DNA of 64,000 bases from Octopus sinensis. Its lineage: Eukaryota. The DNA is taken from the NCBI RefSeq assembly GCF_006345805.1, contig NC_043004.1, forward strand, positions 10,788,001 through 10,852,000. Reading direction: 5' to 3'. Each line of letters starts with the position of its first letter. The stretch's first letter is position 1. A program made the translations under genes and the position numbers. The notes under the pieces were generated by a model. That model was not told where the DNA came from. It was given only the letters and a program-made list of their open reading frames with translations, and ran no database searches. This document shows, in pieces, positions 55,492 to 64,000 of the stretch.

Positions 55492-56777
55492 GGATCACGT
55501 GACCGACCAGACCATCAGATGATGTTACACATCGCTGGTCACAATGCGTTCGCATTGTTTTAGCCTTCGAATGACGCCACCCCGCTGGCTAAGCGAGCAG
55601 GCATATATATAATATATATATATATATATATAGATATATATATATATATATATAATATATATATATATATGTATTATATATATATATACACATATACATA
55701 TAAATACATACATACATACAGACATATAAAGATATATATATATATAATTTATATATATATATATATATATAATATATAATTACTATATATACATATATAT
55801 GGGTTTATACATTTGTTATGATGATGCATGAAGACGTACATATACAATATATACATACACACACACACACACTCCACACACACACACACATATATTATAT
55901 ATATATATATAGATACATAACACACACAGTGTGTTAACCTGAGGATTTATATACAACAGTAAATTTATCAATAACGTTCACATGTATACATATTAGTATA
56001 ATATAAACAGATAAAACATGCGCACACAAGCAAGAACATACACTCACACATCTATATATATACAAACACACACACATACACTGACAAGAACACGCATCCA
56101 CGTACAAGAACCCCCTACCTCCCTTGTAGAATAATGAATATCCCGAGAAAAGTAAACGAAAGACAAACACAATATCAGCAGAAAGTTTCCTGAATGAGAG
56201 AGAAAAAAAAAACGCGCCAAAAACTAAATAAATACAAAAATATAAAATAAATGAAACTAAAACAGCAAGAACCAATAAAGCTTGTGCTCCAATTTCTATA
56301 GGTGTAGGTTAGTGTGTCAGTATATTGTTTTACCTTGACTTCAGAGACTAGTTATTCCTGATATTGACTTATTACAGAGCTTGTAAGCACAACTATGCCA
56401 ACGCATTGTTCATAGTATTTTAAATGCCGATCACTTTCTATTGCATGTTTACCTTAAAGCGGTTCAGAAAGACGGGGAGGTGGATGTAGTTTGATAGATA
56501 GATAGATAGATAGACAGAAATAAATAGATGAACAGAAAGTTAGATAGAGAGATAAAGATAGTATGAGAGAGACAGACAAACTGGAAGCAAAGGTGGAAGG
56601 TGATTTTGAGCAAAAGAGAGAAAGTGTAAAATGGTGAGAGAGCGAGGGAGTATTTACTAAAGTCAAAGTCAATACAAATGTATCTGCAGATTCTTCGATG
56701 TGTATGTATATACATTTTGTGTGTGTGTGTGTATGATCAAAATATATGCATATGTGTATGTGTGTGTGCATATATAC

Positions 56778-56819
56778 GCTGCATTGAAAAGGGGCAATAC
56801 CCCGAAACGCGTCTGTAGC
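56778..56819 (+). ncRNA. Type I hammerhead ribozyme motif, U3:A8 core variant (array copy 1)
   Basis: Stem I GCTGCA/TGTAGC; core TTGAAAA; stem II GGGG-CAATA-CCCC; GAAA; stem III palindrome ACGCGT; GTC cleavage triplet ending at 56813. Confidence 0.8.
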
Positions 56820-57120
56820 TGCCGGCCAAGTAGTGTGGAGCGACTGACCTCCCTTGTTCAAAGGTTATATGGATACAGTTTGTGTATCAAATAGCTAACT
56901 TAAGGCGATGGCCTCATGGAGCTAATAAGCGGTCAGCTTTTTTCTTATTTTTATAAGAATGCCATATTAGTATGCGATAACTAATATATTTCCGGGAACG
57001 CTGCCGTTGTTCTCTTTTAGAGAGACTTAGTATTTTATATTTCTATTATTGAAAACAAGTGGATGTATCCACCGAAGCTAGGTAAATAAAACCTTTGAAC
57101 AGAGATTGTCGGAAGCGACA

Positions 57121-57192
57121 CCTACTGGTTTGGCTACGCTGCATTGAAAAGGGGCAATACCCCGAAACGCGTCTGTAGCTGCCGGCCAAGTA
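57121..57192 (+). ncRNA. Type I hammerhead motif with extended stem I (array copy 2, intact)
   Basis: Same core at 57138-57179, predicted cleavage after 57173. Distal stem I is CTACT-GGTTTGGC-(TAC bulge) pairing with (T)-GCCGGCC-A-AGTAG. Confidence 0.8.
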
Positions 57193-57848
57193 GTGTGGAG
57201 CGACTGACCTCCCTGTTCAAAGTATATGGATACAGTTTGTGTATCAATAGCTAACTTAAGGCGTGGCCTCATGGAGCTAATAAGCGGTCAGCTTTTTTCT
57301 TATTTTTATAAGAATGCCATATTAGTATGGCGATAACTAATATTTTCCGGGAACGCTGCCGTTGTTCTCTTTTAGAGAGACTTAGTAATTTTAATATTCT
57401 ATTATTGAAAACAAGTGGATGTATTCCACCGAAGCTAGAGTAAATAAAACCTTTGAACAGAGATTGTCGGAAGCGACACCTACTGGTTTGGCTACGCTGC
57501 ATTGAAAAGGACCAATACCCGAAACGCGTCTGTAGCTGTCGGCCAATAGTGTGGAGCGACTGACCTCCCTTGTTCAACGGTTTATGGATACAGTTGTGTA
57601 TCAAATAGCTAACTTAAGCGATGGCCTCATGGAGCTAATAAGCGGTCAGCTTTTTTCTTATTTTTATAAGAATGCCATATAGTATGGCGATACTAATATT
57701 TTCCGGGAACGCTGCCGTTGTTCTCTTTTAGAGAGACTTAGTAATTTTAATATTTCTATTATGACACAAGTGGATGTATTCCACCGAAGATAGGTAAATT
57801 AAAACTTTGAACAGAGATTGTCGGAAGCGACACCTACTGGTTTGCTAC

Positions 57849-57890
57849 GCTGCATTGAAAAGGGGCAATACCCCGAAACGCGTCTGTAGC
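57849..57890 (+). ncRNA. Type I hammerhead motif (array copy 4, intact core)
   Basis: GCTGCA TTGAAAA GGGG CAATA CCCC GAAA CGCGTC TGTAGC; predicted cleavage after 57884. Confidence 0.78.
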
Positions 57891-58919
57891 TGGGCCGGCC
57901 AAGTAGTGGGAGCGACTGACCTCTACTTGTTCAAAGGTTAATGGATACAGTTTTGGTATCAAATAGCTAACTTAAGGCGATGGCCTCATGGAGCAATAAG
58001 CGGTCAGTTTTTCTATTTTATAAGAATGCCAATTAGTATGGCATGCAACTAATATTTTCCGGGAACGCTGCCGTTGTTCTCTTTTAGAGAGACTTAGTAA
58101 TTTTAATATTTATTATTGAAAACAAGTGGATGTATTCCACCGAGCTAGGTAAATAAAACCTTGAACAGAGATTGTCGGAAGCGACCACCTACTGGTTTGG
58201 CTACGCGCATTGAAAAGGGGCAATACCCCGAACGCGTCTGTAGTGCCGGCCAAGTAGTGTGTGGAGCGAGGACCTCCTGTTCAAAGGTTTATGGATACTG
58301 TTGTGTATCAAATAGCTAACTTAAGGCGATGGCCACATGGAGCAATAAGCGGTCAGCTTTTTCTTCTTTTTATAAGAATGCCATATTAGTATGGCGATAA
58401 CTAATATTTTCCGGGAACGCTTGCCGTTGTTCTCTTTTAGAGAGACTTAGTAATTTTAATATTTCTATTATTGAAAACAAGTGGATGTATTCCCCCGAAG
58501 CTAGGTAAATACAACTTTGAACAGAGATTGTCGGAAGCGACACCTACTGGTTTTTGGCTACGCTGCATTGAAAAGGGGCAATACCCCGAAACGCGGTCTG
58601 TAGCTGCCGGCCAAGTAGTGTGGAGCGACTGACCTCCCTTGTTCAAAGGTTATATGGATACTTTTGTGTATTAAATAGCAACTTAAGGCGATGGCCTCAT
58701 GGCGTAATAAGCGGTCAGCTTTTTTTCTTTTTTTATAAGAATGCCATATTAGTATGGCGATAACTAATATTTTCGGGAACGCTGCCGTTGTTCTCTTTTA
58801 GAGAGACTTAGTAATTTTAATATTTCTATTATTGAAAACAAGTGGATGTATTCCACCGAAGTAGGTAAATAAAACCTTTGAACAGAGATTGTCGGAAGCG
58901 ACACTACTGGTTTGGCTAC

Positions 58920-58961
58920 GCTGCATTGAAAAGGGGCAATACCCCGAAACGCGTCTGTAGC
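58920..58961 (+). ncRNA. Type I hammerhead motif (array copy 7, intact)
   Basis: Identical motif, predicted cleavage after 58955. Copies 3 (57496), 5 (58205) and 6 (58562) have small indels or substitutions in stem II, GAAA or stem III. Confidence 0.78.
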
Positions 58962-59222
58962 TGCCGGCCAAGTAGTGTGGAGCGACTGACTCCCTTGTTC
59001 AAAGGTTATATGGTACTGTTTGTGTATCAAATAGCTAACTTAAGGCGATGGCCTTGGAGATAAGCGGTCAGCTTTTTTCTTATTTTTATAAGAATCCAAT
59101 TAGTATGGCGATAACTAATATTTTCCGGGAACGCTGCCGTTGTTCTCTTTTAGAGAGACTTAGTAATTTTAATATTTCTATTATATATATTATATATATA
59201 CATATGACACACATTGTCTCTC

Positions 59223-59268
<46 letters not shown>

Positions 59269-59454
59269 GCAAGATGCATAAAATATGTACATGTATATGA
59301 AGGGAGGAGTGAATGAGAATTAGAGTGGGAGGTTGATAAGTGCTATTCATGGAATTCGCAGTCCTTGAGGTACCTTTTGTAACTTTCTGCCAATAGAAAA
59401 TATAGAATACAAATATGTATGCAATAACATGCATGCATACATACATACATACAT

Positions 59455-59850
59455 ACATACATACATACATACATCTTGCAGCTGCATCCTCGGCACACGA
59501 GAAAAGCCATTGCCAAGAAGACTTACTGAAATGATTCATGATTGTCGCCATGTGATGCCCTTATATGACTTTTAAGCCCGGCCAAGCTTTTACACTTTTT
59601 ATTACATACTAGACAATTGTGCTAGCAGGTAGGAGAAACAGGTGCCACCATATCCACTCTCTTGACATGTCTTTTTAGACCTCCAACTGAGAGGCACACC
59701 GTTCCACATTTTGCACATTTTCTATTATGAATTTTAATAGCCACATCATTGTTTATCATGGGTCGATTTCTATGAGAATTTTGATGGCTCACCAGGCCTG
59801 CACAACTCAAACACCTCCGCCCACAAACCACACACATAAAAAGGAACACT
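59455..59850 (-). mobile_element. LINE (RTE-type) 3' end with three C2H2-like fingers and (ATGT)n tail
   Basis: CVVCGRRCLSCAGLVSHQNSH, CAKCGTVCLSVGGLKRHVKR and a third stop-containing finger (..KSLAGLKSHIRASH), then a short UTR and simple-repeat tail. Confidence 0.6.
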
Positions 59851-60104
59851 CTCTCACTTTCTACAGGTTCCCCCTTCTAAGCCCCCTCCTAATTCTCTCA
59901 TACTTCACTCTCTCCCTCTCAGAACTTGAACAACCATCATGCACTATCTTCCTCCATCCATCACGGTCGTGTGCCTCAGACTCCCAATTACCTGCTGCAC
60001 TATGTACTTGTAGGAGAAAGATGCGCAAACTTTCAATACATATACAGAATAGAATATTTGAAGCACATACACGTATTATATATATATAAATATAATTCCA
60101 AAAT

Positions 60105-60305
60105 GTAACTACATATGGATTGTTGGCGATTTATTTCATCCGTCTTCCTTTTCCTTTGGACTTTCTTCTGTCTCCTGTTTCTGAAGAAGAGCTTTGCACG
60201 AAACGTCTTTTTGTCTCTGAGCGTCTTATTAATACTTTGCATGTACCACGTCCTCGCGTTGTTGTTTTTTCTTGTCGTTTTTCTCCGTTTTTTTAATTTT
60301 ATTAT
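60105..60305 (+). mobile_element. Family C element; hammerhead-like motif at 60177-60207
   Basis: GTTT-CTGAAGA-A-GAGC-TTT-GCAC-GAAA-CGTC. Shares GTTGGCGATTT and CCACGTCCTCGCGTTGTTG with 11730-11952. Confidence 0.55.
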
Positions 60306-60499
60306 AGTTTTAAAGCATTGAAACTCTCTTCTCTCCAGCGAAGCCGTGAGCCATACATTATTTGTACGATGTGGAAAATATACCCCACCTGCATTTCCCA
60401 AACGACCTCAACATTATCTTTAGAATTCATCCAAGGCTAGGACCACGGGTTATACGCGGTCCTAGTTTGTTCCTTCTCGAGCCATGCATGACTCATAGA

Positions 60500-60790
60500 G
60501 CCGGTTTCCCATTCCTGGCTCATAGGGCCGGTTTCCCTGTTTCCTTGGCGTATAAGTTCCCCACCTGGACGGGACGCCGGTCCGTCGAAGGTGAGCTACA
60601 AGATGCAGGAGGAAAGAATGAGTGAAAGTTGTGGCGAAAGAGTCAGCAGAAGTTCGCCATTACCCTCTGCCGGAGCTGCGTGGAGCTTAGGTGTTTCGCT
60701 CATAAACACACACATCGCCCGGTCTGAGATTCGAACCCGCGATCCCTCGATCGTGAGTCCGCTGCTCTAACCACTAGGACATGTGCCTCC
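60500..60790 (-). mobile_element. SINE with F-like head and different tail
   Basis: Head is the reverse complement of ...GATTCGAACCCGCGATCC...GAGTCCGCTGCTCTAACCACTAGG. Confidence 0.7.
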
Positions 60791-60797
60791 ACCACAA

Positions 60798-60858
<61 letters not shown>

Positions 60859-61643
60859 TATATATATATATGCATGTGTTAAAGGAGTATGTTAAAAGTG
60901 TTAAAACTTTCAATATATATACAGAGTAGAATATTTGAAGCACGTACAATTATTGGATAACTGCATTCGGAGATAATTCATTCTACGGAGAAACACAAGG
61001 AATACGAAAAGGAATTTGACTCTAATACAGCAAAAATGCTTTTTAATTAATATAAATAACTATTGAATTATTTATGAGTCGTGTTCTCATTACAAGCGTA
61101 TATAAATTTATTAAAATCTTATATTTGTCTGACAACGCTGAAATTTGTTAGTACGCGCTCAGTGATAGTGTTTACTTGTTTAAAAATGATACTGTTGATG
61201 CGTATATTATCGATCTGAAAATTTTGACAGGACAAAGCATAATGAAGTGATTGTGCAGTTCAACAACGTGCATCAGTGTCTAGGTTAAACCAAATATTTA
61301 TCTATTTGCCTTGGCATATCATGTGTACAGTTTTCATCTAAAGGCCAATGTTTGTTTTCAGATGTCCAGTTAGCACTTGTTTCATATATTCTGAGTAATA
61401 AAAAGCATTCCTGTTATAAGTCCCAAATTAGTCAGACGCTTAATAAAAAAAAAAAAGAAATACGAATGTGTAACATACACCATGCATGGATATCCAGTGT
61501 ATCGTATGTGATATACAGGATATGCAATGTGTTTAATGTATAAGGGGCCTCAGACAATGAAAATTCTCATGGATCACACACAAACACATACACATATGCA
61601 CAGGTACAAATATTTATATGTAAGTATGCATGTACGTATTTGT

Positions 61644-61840
61644 GGAGGCGCGTGGCTTGGTGGTTAGGGTGTCAGTATCATGATCGTAAGATTGTGGTTT
61701 CGATTCCTGGAACGGGCGATGCGTGGTGTTCTTGAGCAAAACACTTCATTTCACGATGCTCCAGTCCACTCAGCTGGGGAACACATAGGAACTGGAAACC
61801 GGGCCCATGAGCCTGGCTATGCTTTAAAAGGTCGCATTTA
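61644..61840 (+). mobile_element. SINE family D, internally deleted
   Basis: Homologous to 4576-4830. Confidence 0.8.
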
Positions 61841-62392
61841 TCTTATTTTATGTATGTATGTGTGTATGCATATATGTATGTATGCATGTATGTATGTATG
61901 AATGTATGTATGTATGTATGTATGTATATATGCATATATGTATGTATGTATGAATGGATGGATAGATGGATGGATGAATGGGTGGATGGATTGATGTGTA
62001 TGTAACTAGTAAATGCATATTAATGGTTTGCCTTTTAAATATAGATTATGTAAGCTGTTTACAAGCAATAAACTAGGCCAACAAAAAGAAACTTAGAAGT
62101 ACACCGGAAGAACTAGAAAGACATATCCATCAGCGCACCAGAAAGACCCTTGTCAACATCTCTTGATAAATTTGGAGAATTAAAAGTATATTTTTTTTAT
62201 CAGTATAAGGAAACGGCATCACTCAACCCATATATCCAAGGAGAATTAAAATAATTTCGATGAAACTTAACCCTCACTAACACGGTCATACCAAAAGTGC
62301 TAGAGGCGAGGTCAGAGTCTCGTGGGACATGCTATCCGCTTGATTCCCTAGATCAGTTCTCGCATATATCGCTATAATATGTATATGTATAT

Positions 62393-62458
<66 letters not shown>

Positions 62459-62464
62459 ATATAT

Positions 62465-62914
62465 ATGCAGAGTGGCTTTGTGGTAAAAAGCTTGCTTACC
62501 AACCACATGGTTCCGGATTCAGTCCCACTGCGTGGAATTTTTAAGCAAGTGTCTTCTACTAAAGCTTCGGGCCGACGAAAGCCTTGTAATTGAATTTGGT
62601 AGACGGAAACTGAAAAGAAGCCCGTCGTATATATATAAAGGGTAAAGACCCCCTTCGGTCATGAATGACCATGGGATTGCACCTAGAAAGTTACCCTCCT
62701 AGACACAAGTCCGGGCAAGGTTGTTTATGGAAGATCAGCAGTCGCCCATGCATACCAGCCTCCCCTCTCCACGCCACCAGTGTTATCCAAGGGAAAGACA
62801 AAGGTCGATACAGCTTGGCACCAGTGACGTCGCAACTCATTTCTACAGCTGAGTGAACTGGAGCAACGTGAAATAAAGTGTCTTGCTCAAGAACACAACA
62901 CGCAGCCCGGTCCG

Positions 62915-62947
<33 letters not shown>

Positions 62948-62948
62948 A

Positions 62949-62991
<43 letters not shown>

Positions 62992-63293
62992 GTGTCTATG
63001 TTTGTCCCCCATACGACTGATGGTGGTGTGTTTAGTCCCCATAACTTAGCGGTTCGGCAAAACATACCGATGGATCCATGAGAATTTTCCTTGTCTGAGG
63101 CCCCTTATACATTAAACACATTGCATATCCTGTATATCACATACGATACACTGGATATCCATGCATGGTGTATGTTACACATTCGTATTTCTTTTTACAA
63201 AGAATAATCCTGGGGTCGGTTCGCTCGCCTAAAAGCGGTGCTTCAGCATGGTCGCAGTCAAATGACTGAAACAAGTAAAATAGAGTAAAAAGA

Positions 63294-63295
<2 letters not shown>
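62465..63295 (+). mobile_element. SINE-A interrupted by SINE-E fragment and a templated insertion
   Basis: Head 62465-62635, E fragment 62645-62915, tail 62915-63295 containing foreign 63073-63196. Confidence 0.8.
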
Positions 63296-63344
<49 letters not shown>

Positions 63345-63634
63345 ATACACACATATATATATATATATATATTATACACACACATATATATATATATAAT
63401 ATATATATATGTTTATGGAAGATCAGCAGTCGCCCATGCATACCAGCCTCCCCTCTCCACGCCACCAGTGTTATCCAAGGGAAGACAAAGTCGATACAGC
63501 TTGGCACCAGTGACGTCGCAACTCATTTCTACTCATTTCTACTCATTTGTTAATAAACAAAGCTGTACTATTTGAAAAAAGAAAATAACGGGCAGTATGG
63601 CTTGACGATAAGAAGGCATTCGACTCTATCTCAT

Positions 63635-63679
<45 letters not shown>

Positions 63680-64000
63680 CACACAAACGCGCCAAACGCA
63701 TACACACATGCATATATTTTCTTTTAATGGTACACGATGTTCTGTTCCATCGTTATCGCAAGTTTATCGTTTTGGTTCTTGATAGAAAAAGCGCAAATTC
63801 GGATATATGGTAGACTTATAAATATCGCTTCATTAGTACATCTACGAAATACTTTAGCTCCCGCCACCGCTAAATTCGAGTGTGTCTCCAAATTTCGCTG
63901 ACTCAGTAGCGAAGACTGCGGAATACATCAAAAACAATTTAGAATTACAATTCACCAAAATTATTTTTACTTTCTTGAAGCTTTCGTTGAGCAACAGACC

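Larger units (their letters stand above)
56775..59184 (+). mobile_element. Tandem array of ~357 bp hammerhead-containing units (non-LTR retrozyme-like), 6 full units + 1 partial
   Basis: The unit TACGCTGCATTGAAAAGGGGCAATACCCCGAAACGCGTCTGTAGC...CCTACTGGTTTGGC restarts at about 56775, 57135, 57493, 57846, 58202, 58559 and 58917. The last unit is truncated at 59184. Both ends abut (TA)n. Confidence 0.85.

Noticed and set aside
56454-59030. Repeated minus-strand ORFs (MNKGGQSLHTTWPAATDAF...)
   Set aside because: These are translations of the tandem unit; frames break between copies and there is no protein motif.
56775-59184. CRISPR array or plain satellite DNA
   Set aside because: There are no unique spacers and the context is eukaryotic. 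The conserved ribozyme fold in each unit argues against a featureless satellite.

Overview
This is repeat-dense, AT-rich animal genomic DNA. The SINE families look like those of octopus, which I recognise from memory rather than from a database search. I can support no intact host protein-coding gene; almost all listed ORFs are microsatellite translations. The window holds many tRNA-headed SINEs (about 6 families, often nested), two decayed mariner (DD34D) transposases, RTE-type LINE remnants, several MITE/fold-back elements, a Helitron-like non-autonomous element and a retroposed 5S rRNA copy. The main result is a ~2.4 kb tandem array (56775-59184, ~357 bp x 6.75 units) inserted in (TA)n. Each unit carries a type I hammerhead ribozyme motif with a compensatory U3:A8 core (UUGAAAA instead of CUGANGA), a palindromic minimal stem III (ACGCGU) and a long rod-like extension. 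This fits a retrozyme-like, probably circRNA-producing element. Related minimal hammerhead motifs occur in four other repeat families: a 640 bp inverted-repeat element with one in each arm, the tail of a tRNA-headed SINE, small TA-targeting elements, and a fossil at 50.4 kb. Together these suggest a set of non-autonomous elements dependent on Penelope-like retroelements. All ribozyme calls come from manual folding and need experimental cleavage tests.
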